This document shows positions 1-12,738 of a stretch of DNA of 64,000 bases, piece by piece. The notes beneath the pieces are model-generated. The model saw nothing but the letters and a program-made list of their open reading frames with translations, did not search any database and was not told the origin of the DNA. This DNA comes from Balanoglossus misakiensis (lineage: Eukaryota > Animalia > Hemichordata). The stretch is from positions 7,223,337 to 7,287,336 of the forward strand of contig CM082586.2 of NCBI GenBank assembly GCA_040954595.2, written 5' to 3'. The translations under genes and the position numbers were made by a program. How positions within the stretch are numbered: position 1 is the stretch's first letter; each line of letters opens with the position of its first letter.

Positions 1-3000
1 AAGGGACATTTACAGACAGGCGAGAATCTGGAACAATGTGTGTTGAAAGTCCGTTATCAAAATATAATGTTTAATATTTGACCAATCTCATTAAGACTGG
101 AGAGGGGTGGGCAAACATGTGAAATGTTAGAATGCAATTAGAGGGGTCGTGTCCTCGTTTTCTCTCATGGCTGTCAAAACAGACTACGAATGCGGGTCAA
201 TAATAACTATGATTAGATTTTACAAAAATAAAATCATTTGGCAATGACAGACGCGAGCACCATGAAAACAAAATGAGCGTTGCATTTTGTTCGCGTGTTT
301 CTGTGATATGAGCGAGCGAGTTTACGTAATCACCGGCGAAGGCAGTTAGGACATTCCGAGACTGTGGTCCCGTCAAACAGCGTTGCAGACCAAACTGGTC
401 TCGATTTTTAAGGGGAAATAGCACGGACGTGTATTTCGTGTCGCTGATTGCGTACTCGTAGGCATAATCGGCCCTGTTTCCATGTATATCTACTTTAACA
501 GGGCGAGCGCACAAAGTTCAACTTAAAGAGACAGCTCTGAGCTGGACGAAATTTTTACGTTGTACCATTGGGCGGCTGGCGGTATCTGGTACAGTGCACT
601 GCCGTGCCGCTAACGGGGTGGCTCCACCACACACCGACGGTACTATCGTCTCAACATCAGGGGTAAATGAACTGGCCAAGCCTTCGCAGCGCACGACTCA
701 ACTGCTCGTACCTTTTTTCCACTGTGACTACAAGGATCCGGACCCCAAGAAATACTTCAACCATTACTCAACTACATCGTCACGGTGGGTTGGTAATCTC
801 CGGTACACGATTCACACAAGTCTACCACTGTGGACCAGCGCCGCGCGTCCTGTCAGTCGCTCGTGTCTGCCGCACGCGATGCGTCAGACCGTCTTCTGTG
901 ATGTAATAATCGGTGTCAGTGGCGGTCGGGTACACCCTACCACACACTAGTAGGTCATTCAGGTGACCCCGTCCCCAGCAAGTGATTTTTTTCGGTAATA
1001 AGTAACAGCACGACTCGCGCTGAGCCCCCTCTCACGTACCTGCAGGTGTCACTTACGTCCGGTATTAAGCTTTCTTTCGTTTCTGTCTGGTACACGATAG
1101 CATGCGCACACCTTGTTCTTGTCTCATTGTATTTAAATGGGCATTTTTCACCGTTTCTCAATTTCAATTTACAGGAAAAGATTCACATACAATTCTCTTG
1201 TGATATTAAACATGGAAACGGGTAGGCATAATAGAAGAATTAGGATAACTAATTTCCTCCATCTTAGAACTAAAAAAATCCTAATTAAATATATTTTAAC
1301 GACAATGTTGCGACTTGTTTTCAACTGAAACTTATCAGCTGGGTTCTGTAAATATTCACTTAGAGTATAAATTCGTACATGCACGGAATCAAATTGTAGT
1401 CAAACAACAGAGGTATGCACCCTGTACTTGAAGTGGTCTGGTAAAACATGTCTCACGCACTTATTGCATTACGCATGCTCACTTCACGATGCAAATACTG
1501 GCACGACATCGACTCGTCTGGCGGTTCTGGTGACGTCACAGGTATCTTCTAATTTACATATGCCCATATATAGTTTAAAATGCGTGACTAAATTTTGGAA
1601 TGACAATGTGTTGGCACACCTAATGCGTGGCCACTCCATGTAAATCTGTCATTGGCTAGATCTCTCAATTAATTAATTCGATTCAAATGTAAGTATGTAT
1701 TTGGGTGGCTGTGGTCATCATAATAAACTTGAAATACAGTTATTGCGAAATGCGTTGTTATGGACTATATAATTAGAAAAAGAAACGTTATAGATGTTTC
1801 ATTTTTTTGGTAAACTGAATGAGGCATTTATGAGAGTAGATGTTTTGAAAGTGGTATTCTCTTTGACGCAGTGGAAATTTGGGGAAAACTTCATTTGCGA
1901 TTTCTTCATCGCCATTACAGTCTGAGAGAGTCGGTCGTCGTTCGGTCGCATTGTGCTGGGGATGTGAGTATGGCCCCGCATAAGTTCGTGATGAGCGTGT
2001 AGGTCGTGTCCTATGTCAACATATCTATTTTTAAGCGGGTGGTACCATTAGTGGCTCCATGTACGCTGTTAATGGTGGTCATCTAGATACCGCAACGAGA
2101 TATGGCGAATCTTTCTCTGATAAACACCTTCGTCGTTTAGTATCAATGTAAAAGAAACTTTGTATATGTTTATTAGGTAATATGCGAAGCAATTTTAACA
2201 AACGGATCTGAATCTGTTATATGACATTCTTGTAGCATATCTGCATGTGTCAGTCCTAGTCTATTTCGCAGTCAGTCGTTGCCTAGACGGAGTGCAGAAT
2301 AGGAATAACTGCCATTATTTATATGCAGAATTATTGGTATAGCGCCTATACACCACGGTGGTGTGTTTGACACAGGAATGCGTAATCTCGTTGGTCACAT
2401 GATCGCTACAAAAATCATCAGGCCACACCGAGCCACGAAGTTATTATCTAAACGCCGAAGGTGCGGTTCTCATCTCTGTTTAGATTCGCACAATGTACAC
2501 CCGAAGTGCGCATGTGCACATGTCATCCCCTGCGTTCGGTGACAGGTACGGTACGCGCTGGATCGCGAAGTTCGCCACCGAGCCCCAGTGTCTATGTGAC
2601 AATTGTATGATGTTAATATACAGCTGGTGTCATCAACGCTAACCTGAAGGAGACTTACCGTGGTGTGTTGTGGCCATCTCCCCTGGCCAGTCGAACTGCG
2701 TACGAGGTAAGCCTCTCTCCCCAATGTCGGGGTTTACCTGTTGCCGAAATTAAGATTTATATGATAACAGGAATTTTGTATTTGTGTATCTATCCAGACA
2801 GATCCGTATCGAGGCGACTACATTGTTCAACGTTAACGCAAACAAGCTCGAATACCTAGAGCGTTTTAACGTTTATTTTTATACGCACACAAAATGCCCA
2901 AAATAGTTTTTTTGTCATAATGCAGTTGTAAATTATATGCCTGAATATGACGGGACGGGTACAATGTGCACTAAAACCAGGGCAATATCGGTATGTGCTA

Positions 3001-4162
3001 GTTGCCGGCAAATTTCCTTGTTCGCGTTTAGTAGCGGTTTGAACAGGCGACTTTACACTACACAGGTTATCATGTTCAACAAAGTGCTGTGAAATCTGTC
3101 CTGAATTTAGTCTCGGGACAGTCATGTAATCGATGCACACATACACGGCCACACGGACACACACACGGCGCAGGAGAACGATTGCCCAATGGTGGCATCG
3201 TTACCTACGGATGGAGAGTCACGTGACCAGCGTGTGACCATCAGAGATTATAGCCAGGTCACCCATTCCAAATAATTCTGACTGCAATCACATTTATTAC
3301 GAGCACAGCACAGCATGGCTGCTGCAGCTCTACGCACCGTTATCTGCTGTGAAATCAGAGACCCAACCTGTCGACAAATAGACAAATAGATAACGGTATC
3401 AAATCAAATATCACGGTGAAGAAAACACTACGGATTTTAGGGCTAGTTGGATAATAACGTTGAATCTACGTGTGATTTAGGCTTCGGTTAATGTTGTGAC
3501 AAACATCAACACGGGTCAAACGCTCAGCTGGATACAAAAAATGCCCACGGGGTCAACAAACTTGTCCATGAAACCAGTTTGCCTAGACACCAACTATGAT
3601 GTCCAAACCGTGTCTCAAGTAACTAGTAGCCGCTGACAAGTTCGTCGCAAAGCTGTGCCATGTAATGTTTCGAAGCAATGTATTACACTCGGTAACTGTC
3701 AGCAAAACTTGATGTACAATTCATTTTCTGATAAAGAATGTAGGTTATGCGTTGTACTTGATTCATATATTGTTTGATTGAACGTAATGAAACCGGTAAT
3801 GGCAAAGATGACGAGCGAGGCCTGCATTTTAACGTTATAAGTTTGCACAGTGTCACTCCACACGTACTTACATACATACCCAACAAAACCTTAGTAAACC
3901 TAGCAACCTTTGATAATTAAAACTTACTTAACAGAAGAGTTTTTGTGCAAAAGTAAATTTGTGTATTTTCATTAAAGGCAAATATACGGTAGGTATACAA
4001 ACTGACACGTCTTCACCAGATCAACGTTTCTAGTTTAAAGTCCATCGCCATTATTAATTTTTCTGACGTCATAACATTGGTATTTTTTTTCAAAATTTTG
4101 CTAATATTTCTCCACACAGGTCGATACAAGCGTAGGTCGGGTGGGAGCTGTGCAAATAAGCC

Positions 4163-7100
4163 ATGACGTCATGGAAGAAACCAACCACGTATATCTGTGA
4201 ATGCCTCATATTCAGTCTGTTCGTCTTTCAAAGTTTCCCACCGAAAGAAGCCAACCCCTTGCCGATACTTTCCCACAATGCATCGGCCACCGGAAGTGTC
4301 AATACTGCGAGCAGCCAAGCATTGACGTCGACCAGTCCGACGCAAACTGAAAAATGTACGCCAAAAATAACTTCTCAACTGTGATTAATAAATCACGTCT
4401 ACTACGCACAATTTGTATTCGAAAATTATCGTTTTAGCAATATTAATGTGAAACAGAAGTCTTCGCGACTAAAATGTATATACAATGTGTTTCTAATCAG
4501 GTGGTTCAATTGTCATTGGACAAACCAATGTACAGTCGTATTCTTTGAATTTTGCACAGGAAACTCTTAACTCATTCTTATTGATTGGTCGATAGATATG
4601 TTGAAAAATTCATTGATTAACCAACTGAGTGATTGACTGATCGAATATACAGCAAAACAATCACGCCCTGTTGGTTTCGTTACTTACAGCGTACTCAGTA
4701 ACCACGACAACCACTGCGACAAGCGGGCCAACTCAGTCGGAAAGCAGAACTCCCTCACGGCCGCCGATGATCGGCTTTTGCGGGGGAACTTACACCGACC
4801 CCACCGGGGAATTTTACTCCCCCCAGTATCCGTACAGTTATCCGTCGTCAGTCACGTGCATTTACAGAATCCAGATTGAATCGTCGGATCTGAAATACGT
4901 GTCGGTAAGTCGTCCACACAGATCAAAAGTTCCTCTGTCAATATATTCCATCTATCGTCTTTTGCGACATCGTTTCACTTGCTCCACCGTACCTGAGAAA
5001 AGAATGACAACATTTCGTCTCTTTTATGATATTTAAATGTCTCTCGCAGTTTTTTGAGATCACGAAATATTGTCCTCGTCCCGCTTACAGTTACGGTTCC
5101 TGACCTTTGACCTCAAAGGAGGGTCCTGTTACCAAGACTACGTCGCCGTCCGGGAAACGTGGGGAGCAAACGGACCACTGATCGGTGTCTATTGCGGAGG
5201 GGTCGGTAGAGCGCCTCCACCGGTTATCTTTACCAGAGAAACTGACGGAATGTACATTGAATTCAAATCTGGTTCGAACGATGACGATCACACCGGCTTC
5301 CACGCCGAATATGTTATGCTGGATTCCCTACCGACACAGTTACCAAGCGGTGAGTTCTTGCGTTGAATAAACAGTGTTTTGCAATGTTGAAAATTCTGGC
5401 TGCCTAATATAGGTTTTTACTTTGTGCAAGAAGTCAAATCCCATTATAATAATTGCATTCTGGGTAAAAGATCGACAGCTCACTGTAGTAAGAGATAAAA
5501 GAAATTATAATATGAGATTTTCATCACTCACCTAGGTAGCAAAAACCTACATAAGGTAGCGAGAATTGGTGACGTCTTGACCTTAGTACGTGTACATGTA
5601 TTTGACACAGTCTATATTTTCTTGCCTGTCAGACGGTCGAAAATTCACCATGAAATGATGTGTTCTAACCAGCGAATCTTTCCAATCTCGATATATTTTT
5701 ACCCGAAACAGAAGCTTCACCGACAGTGCCCACTGGCCAGTGTGGGGGCGCCTTCGATTATGACGTCACTCGATACCGTGGGTTTGGATCTCCCTATTAC
5801 CCAGGCAGCTACCCAGGTGATCAAAACTGCACTTACATCATCAGCGTGCCAACGTCACCCGAGGCTATGGCGGTCAAGGTCAGTTGGTAGATTTTGACAA
5901 CTACTGTTAGCTTTCCCTCTAAGGCTTGATAAATAACTAGTGCTGGCGTGCGTCCTTTTGTCCCCGCGGATGAGGTCGGTGGGGGGGGGGGGGGACATGT
6001 ATTGGTCGCTTTGCTGTCCGTCCCTCCCATCTATACTGAACTAGCGGTTGGATATTCGATTTTTTCACACTATCAGAACTGTCGATATTTTTCTTTGATA
6101 GTGGAATATGTAATTAGGGGCACAAATCCTATTTAAGAACCTTGATGACATCGGCCATGTATAAAATCTAGGGCTAGAGGTTGGGTTTTTGTTGGACACT
6201 GACCAGTACGGTGTCAAAATCTCAAATAGTATCTGTTATCACTAAGGTCAACTTCTCGGCGTTTGAACTGCAAAGCTCCGACAACTGCGCTTCAGACTAC
6301 GTCCTGATAAAAGATGGCCGAGACTACGACTCCGCCGTGATCGGTCAGTATTGCGGAAGTTACAAAAACGCCACGGGTTTCCCGCCCCCGACGTCCCTGC
6401 AGACGACAGGGCACTACCTGTCGTTACAGTTTGTGTCCGATTCCAGCCTCAACTTCAAGGGTTTCTACATGAACTTCGAAGCCGTGCCCCAGAGTCAGGA
6501 AATGAAGCAGTCAACGGTCTCTAGTGAGTGAATTCTTTTGAAATGGCTTCTTGCAATTGTCCAGCAACATTTAGATGCCTGACACAGGTTAGGCTAGCAA
6601 TGTTTCCTTTTAATGTTGATCTCAACTCGTCAACGTTTGTTTTTAATGTTGGACTCACCTCGTCCATATCAGACATCCATCAACATCCCATAACTCATAA
6701 AGTGACAAGAAAGAAAATTAAACAATACCCACATAAATTTTGAAGGCAGACGACAAACAAACTATGACGTAATCAAATTGCGAGAAAGATGTGCAGAAAG
6801 TGATGACGTATTTCGCATGTTGTGACCCGTTCACTGACCAAACGAGAACATGTCATGTATGTTTACTTTCAGTCTGCAATAACGTGTCCCAAATTTTAAC
6901 CGACCGAGGTGGTTTGTTAAATTCCCATGTGGACTACGGTGTTTCGCCTTATCCCAACGAAGACAATGAGTGCCAAGTCACCATCCAGGGGAAACCAGAA
7001 CAGAGAGTCTTCATAGATTTCTTGAAGACGGATCTGAGAGATTCAGGTGACCAATTCGATTGCGTGTGTAAAATAGAAACGCGTTTCGTAAACATAGAAT

Positions 7101-9055
7101 AAGAAGTCATATCGTAAAATGGACATTGATAATGTAAAATAAGAAATGGTAATTTTGGCATGCATGGTTCGGGGGTATTCTTCAAATTAACATTAATTTT
7201 TAGTATTATACGTAATGTTTTCCCCCATTGTAGATTACAGTTGTGACCCGGATGAAGACGACTCAATAACCATCTTTCCCGCCGGCGCGACTCTTTGTAA
7301 CCAAGACACGGGTGACTTTGGAACTTCCGGTACCTCGATGGGCGTCAGATTCGTCACTCACGAGAGCGAAGATGGCGGAGCATATGACGGATTCAAGGCC
7401 GTGTACACCATTTATACTAAAACGTGTATGTCCGATTTACTTTTAATGAAATTCACGAACACAATTTGGATAATTTTGTTGCCCAGTGCAGAGAAAGGAT
7501 GAAACCCCAGAGATGACCACGAAACATATTTTTTTTTTTCAGTGCCCGGTGTTGGGTGTGCTCAGGATGACGAATTCTACTGTGCCCGCGATGATTGGTG
7601 CATCGCTCAATGGTTGGTGTGTGACGGCTACAATCACTGTAAATACGGAGCGGACGAATACGACTGTCAAAGTAAGGCACGCGTCAGTTGTAGTAAGCCT
7701 TTTCTGGTTCCCGTACTCCCAAACTCTGCCGCTGGCGCCTGCGCTGTGCTAACGCCGAGGTATGCGCGCAGGTCTGATTTTGTCCGGATTCCGGACAAAA
7801 TGGCTGTCGCTTGACGTCAAACTCAAGAGATATCTACCGTGAAAACAAAACATGTACATCTTCTATGGGAGGCTGAGTTTATGTTTTATTTTACTCAGGA
7901 GGTGTGGTCTATGCATGTAAACTTGAATGATGTATGTCTTGGGCTGTAATCTTAGAGATGTGTCGCGTGATATTAGATGTGATTTCTGGTTATTCTAGGA
8001 TCGACCTCTGATTGGCTGTTTTCTCTGCTTGTCATTACTGTGATCATCGGATCATGCGCACTGATCTGTGGTTACAAGTATCATACCAGAGGGAGTACTA
8101 CTCGGACCACCAGAAGGTAAACTACACTGATTTTGATGACGATTGAGCTCACGTGGTCACACTCGTGCGCTATTTGCATACCAATGTCTGTCTGTCTGCT
8201 TTTCTGTCTGTCTGTCTGTCGAAAGAAACACTTTCCATAACATGCTATTTTGTGCTGTGCTTCAGGACAAATCAGCGTGGAGATAACGTCCCGCTAGACG
8301 AGAACACGCACCAATGCTTACCACCAGCAGTACCACCAGTGCCCCCGCCTTATTCTGAAGAACCACCAGAATACACCGAACTGTACGAGGGCTCGTTGGG
8401 AATAGACAATCCGGCTTTGGAGATGTCTGTGACGTCACTGAACGATCACCCATCCGGCGTCCCGGATGAGCCTCCTCCGTCGTACGAATTCGCGCTTTCG
8501 AATTCGATGGAAAACATCGCCGATGCTGACGGGGAGGCAACTGTATCCGCCGATGCTGACAGTCTACAGCAGGGCTCTGACAACGAGACGACGGACTCGG
8601 GGATACATTTCGTGGAGAACGAGAACTCGTCCCTGACGGGGGAGGCACCGAACGATGGCGGGGAAGCCGCCGACAGGACTGCGGCGGGGAACGACACACA
8701 GGTCACGACAGAGAGTGCCGCTCAGGGAACGGACGATAACAATCCTTCGGTTTCCCCGAATGAAGAATCAAATAGTTCTATTGAGAACAGCAATGCAGAC
8801 GACAACGGCAGGAGAACGGACTCCCAGGATACCGCTGCGGGCGAACGTAGCGACAACGCCGCGAGCGGTGAACAAACCGTCCCGCACGAGGAAGACCGGA
8901 CAAGGGGGAACATGTTAGAGGATGACGACAAGGTCGATGGGGAGCCTCTTGACGAAAATGCTGTTCGAGATGGTGACAGCACCCCCTCGGCTACAGATAC
9001 AGACAGTGCTACCTTTAACATCCCAAATACACCTGTACACGATACGTGTATGTGA
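4163..9055 (+). CDS. Type I membrane protein: signal peptide, Ser/Thr-rich stalk, 3 CUB domains, 1 LDL-receptor class A repeat, TM helix, acidic cytoplasmic tail with PPxY motifs (NETO/CULD/LEV-10-like architecture)
   Basis: Phase-consistent GT-AG exons: 4163-4355, 4690-4904, 5091-5349, 5712-5878, 6247-6523, 6873-7046, 7234-7425, 7543-7671, 7999-8116, 8266-9055. CUB motifs: CGGTYTDPTGEFYSPQYPYSY..C.Y.I; CGGAF..SPYYPGSYPGDQNCTY; FELQSSDNCASDYVLIKDG..IGQYCG..FVSDSSLNFKGF; third CUB ending YDGFKAVY. LDLa: CAQDDEFYCARDDWCIAQWLVCDGYNHCKYGADEYDC. TM: WLFSLLVITVIIGSCALICGY. Tail: PPPY, PPEY, PPSY. AATAAA at ~9219. The start exon is the least certain part. Confidence 0.85.
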
Positions 9056-11277
9056 TTTTGGACATCTTTTGTGCAGAAGGAGACATATATATCATTTACC
9101 TCTCTTTACATGTCATATTGACATGTCCAATACATGACTCAGCATTGATCGAATCATTCACCCAATCATTCAAAATGAGGTTTCGGCTTAAAAACATTGT
9201 GTGGAATTTCCGGTTTTGAATAAAATAACCCCATTTAGAAAACTCCGCCATGTGAATGACGCTATATACTTATTGCGCTTGCGTCAGTGCTGGGTGCATG
9301 GACTTCAATATTTAAATCAGAGCAAGAGATGTCGCCATTCAGAAACAAACTCATGCTTATCACTTAAAACCTATAGGCGGTCTATCTTCAATAGATCTGT
9401 CACTTTTTGTGCCAATATATCTAATTAACATCTGAGCAATCATTGTTAAGAGATGGACATACATATTTCGCCCAATGGGACGATTAACTAATGGCGAATG
9501 AAATAAGTCATTACAGGTCGCTTAGAGATGAAGCGATGACGTCACATCATGTACACATAGTACAGAAAATATGTATTTATTTTTGTACACAAATTTCTTT
9601 GATGACTGTGATATATTATGTTTTTTGACATAAAAATGAATTAAAAGAATTATTGATGGCATTGTATGATAATTCGATTAGTTCGAGAGAGTATGCCAGG
9701 TCTATTGTTTTATCATGAGCGAGCTGGCCACTAACGAGGAAATGTTTCTTTGCCTGTTACGCTCATTTCTGTGCCCACAGAAGTTTTATATGCGTAAACT
9801 TCAAACCGTGTTTTTATAAATCAAACATTATATCAAGAAGATACGAAAAGGTACTCCATATCGATCGATTTAGCTTCAGTGATTGTAGCGGGTGCTGCTA
9901 CGTTGAAATGTTGTCGCAGCACTGTGCTGCTATAAAAAAATATATATCCGATTCTACTAGGCCAGCTACGAATTCATGAACCAACTATGAGCGGGGTATG
10001 CCAGCGGTATGGACTAGCATGTAAATGTACTAAATTTCAGACAAATAAAAGATTACATGAAGACCCGGCCACCGCCGTGGAGCTGCATGCAGTCAGTCGG
10101 AGTCACACAGGTGGTACGTGCTGCTGTACGGTAATGGCACAGGCGGTGAACTTTGACCCAAGAGAACTCAAACATCGGGTAGATAATAATTGACGAACGA
10201 ATATATATCCATTGACTCACGGGGATGATGATGTGCGCATGAGTGTCTTGAGCTATGGCAAAATCTATCGTAACCTCACCCGCCATGGTGTGAGATAATC
10301 TGTGGGCATAGTTTATGTGTTTGTCAACGATCTTCGACTGTTCTTGGTTTTATGCTGTGATGTGAAGGGGGAAAATGTCGGCCAGTGACCATTGCTAGGA
10401 GTGCAGTCCCAGCTAAACAGGTAGATATAACGACGTAGTTTTTGTTGCAGATTCCGGTCATATACGGCCAAAATGGCGCCTTGAACAAAGTCATGCTTCA
10501 CTTAGATCCACTCCAAGTTGAACGAGTCGAGTCACTGAAGCAACAGGTGGTTGAAGTGACTGTCGTAAGTTCTATTTGAGTCTCGGCTTTCATCGCTGCA
10601 CACGGGAATCACTGGGCCCCAGCCGGGTAGCAATTTGAGATATCAGAAGCGAACCTCGCCCTAGTATGGTTTTATATTTGACACGGCAAACAGTTCGGTC
10701 ATACTGTATGTTTGAACTGACTAGCAAATGGCCGCCGCTGAGATATCAGACACACAATATTGGTAAACACACAAAACTCTTGTGTACGCTTCGCCTGACA
10801 CACTGTATTTGTGCTGGGTGTGGCCAAGCGCATCATATTTCCTAAGATTACAAATACAAACCGCACATGCTGCGGATATTGTTATCTCCACATCAATATT
10901 ACGTGATGTGCAAACGACTTGGGTTACGAATGGTACATCTTTGACCAGACAAAACCCGGCAGAAATTCGGCGGTCTTACCCGCGGTGATGACAATGATTG
11001 TAATCGAACTCATGTATAATAAGTGACATATGCATTGGGAATGTCGTACGCAGACGTGCGGACTTGAATTTTGAATTATTCACTTCTGTGAACATCTGTC
11101 GCGATTAGCTCCAACATAGACCCTGTGGTTCAAAACAGTCCATTTATAATGCATGGTTATAGTGACCGATATATTTTGACATATTATTGATTGTATTCTC
11201 GTCGTTTTAAGTTTTTGGCCAAGAGGAAGAGACTACGTATATTTTGGTGCCAATTTTCGACGCCATGTTTCGTGCAG

Positions 11278-12738
11278 TCAGCTACAACAGTTCAACACCA
11301 GGCTACAATATCTCGACGACACAAAGAATCCGGCCTGTGACGTCACCGTTTCAAGGAAACAGTCACACACCCCCGCTCAGAACACAACCTCCATATGATG
11401 AAGGTAAGACTAGGAGAGATAGGTCAGACACATAGTACATCACCCACTCAGTGCACGATTTCATGAATGTGTTTTCATACTTGGTAAAATAAATCAATTC
11501 ACATTTTTTTCTTGGAGTGCACACTAAAATAAAATGTCGTTTATCGTCTCTGTTATCTTTGCAGGTTCAAATAACACCGGTTTGTTTTCCGCTGGCGGAG
11601 GTGTTGGTGGATTTATTGTCCTGTGTATCTGTTTTGTTCTCATTGTGAAATTCGCCAAGAGATACTGCAAACAAGAGGATGACCGTGATGATCCGGAGAG
11701 GTGAGTGAGTGAGTGAGTGAGTGAGTGAGTGAGTGAGTGAGTGAGTGAGTGAGTGAGTGAGTGAGTGAGTGAGTGAGTGAGTGAGTGAGTGAGTCAGTCA
11801 GTCAGTCAGTCAGTCAGTCAGTCCAGCCAGCCAGCCAGTAACAATACGCTAAAACGATATTTCAGAGAAAAATCGTGTTAATATTTCAGCCTATATACGT
11901 GTACAGTATATAATAGCACCGTATTTACTTTTGATTGTTTTTCTACAGTTGTGACCACCACAGTCACGAAGACCCACTTTCACATGATCGGTTACTGCAA
12001 GAGACTCGCGAGCCGGCCCCGCCATCGCCGCCGCCGACGTACTCCGCTCTGTTCTCGGAGTCCCCCCTCGAACAGAACGGTTCAGTGGTGACCACTGCCG
12101 ACCAGCAGTCCATCCCTTCACTGAGCGACATAGCGGAATTGGACGAAGACGCCGCCGACGGGGAAGTCAGCACGCCGCCGCCGACGTACGCGTACGCCTT
12201 GGCGCGGTCCATGGAAAACCTTGCCAGGAGGATGAGCACGGAAAACTTAGAAAACGACAGTGACGATGTATTCCAGGGAAGTGGGCAGCGTGAGGACGGG
12301 GCCAACAATGGTGGTGATGGCGAGAGCGAAAGTTCTGAGTCGAGCAACGAGCGATCCGGCGACGAACAAGCGGACAACAGATCAGAAAATGCCGCCGCGG
12401 GTCGCGAGAACCTAGATTTAACTTCTGGTCCGGAATTTGATTCGGCCAGACATTCGAATAGTAGCTCCTCTGCAGGCGAAGCTATAGAAATGCAAGAGCG
12501 AGAGAGCGACACTCCGAACGTCGATGGCGCCGCCCGATCTGACTCAGAAGCTGAAGCCGACGATAACGATTCATCGAGTCGCACGACTGTCACAGGCGAA
12601 AGCAGCGATTCCAGTTCTGATAATGAATCAGCGGGCAATGGAAACATCATGGTCTCGGATACGGAGATGACCTCCCAGGAGGACGCAGATAAACCAACGC
12701 ACCAACCAGTCGGTGGAGGAGATGCGATCAACCTCTAG
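11278..12738 (+). CDS. Paralogous single-pass TM + PPxY acidic tail cassette (alternative 3' exons of the CUB-LDLa gene, or a separate small membrane protein)
   Basis: Exons 11278-11403 (S/T/P-rich, with sequons NSS and NIS), 11565-11700 (TM GVGGFIVLCICFVLIV followed by KFAKRYCK) and 11949-12738 (PPPTY twice, acidic tail). PPTYAYALARSMENLA matches PPSYEFALSNSMENIA in the upstream gene. The 5' end is unresolved; a possible phase-1 first exon lies at ~10708-10762. Confidence 0.75.
11701..11838 (+). repeat. Compound microsatellite (GTGA)23(GTCA)7(CCAG)~4 starting exactly at a splice donor
   Basis: Read directly from the sequence; begins at the GT of the intron after exon 11565-11700. Confidence 0.95.

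Noticed and set aside
197-3900. Short ORFs at the window start (e.g. 594-950) and a Helitron-like hairpin+CTAG at ~925-950
   Set aside because: No recognisable domain or consistent exon chain, and only a single weak hairpin. The exon-like segment 2624-2706 may be 5' UTR of the CUB gene but cannot be confirmed.
8262-9021. Antisense and alternative-frame ORFs over the acidic tail exons (also 11964-12731)
   Set aside because: Shadow ORFs of GC-rich, low-complexity coding sequence.
9987-10501. Coding-looking stretch between the two tail cassettes
   Set aside because: Stops in all frames and no recognisable homology; not supportable as an exon or pseudogene.
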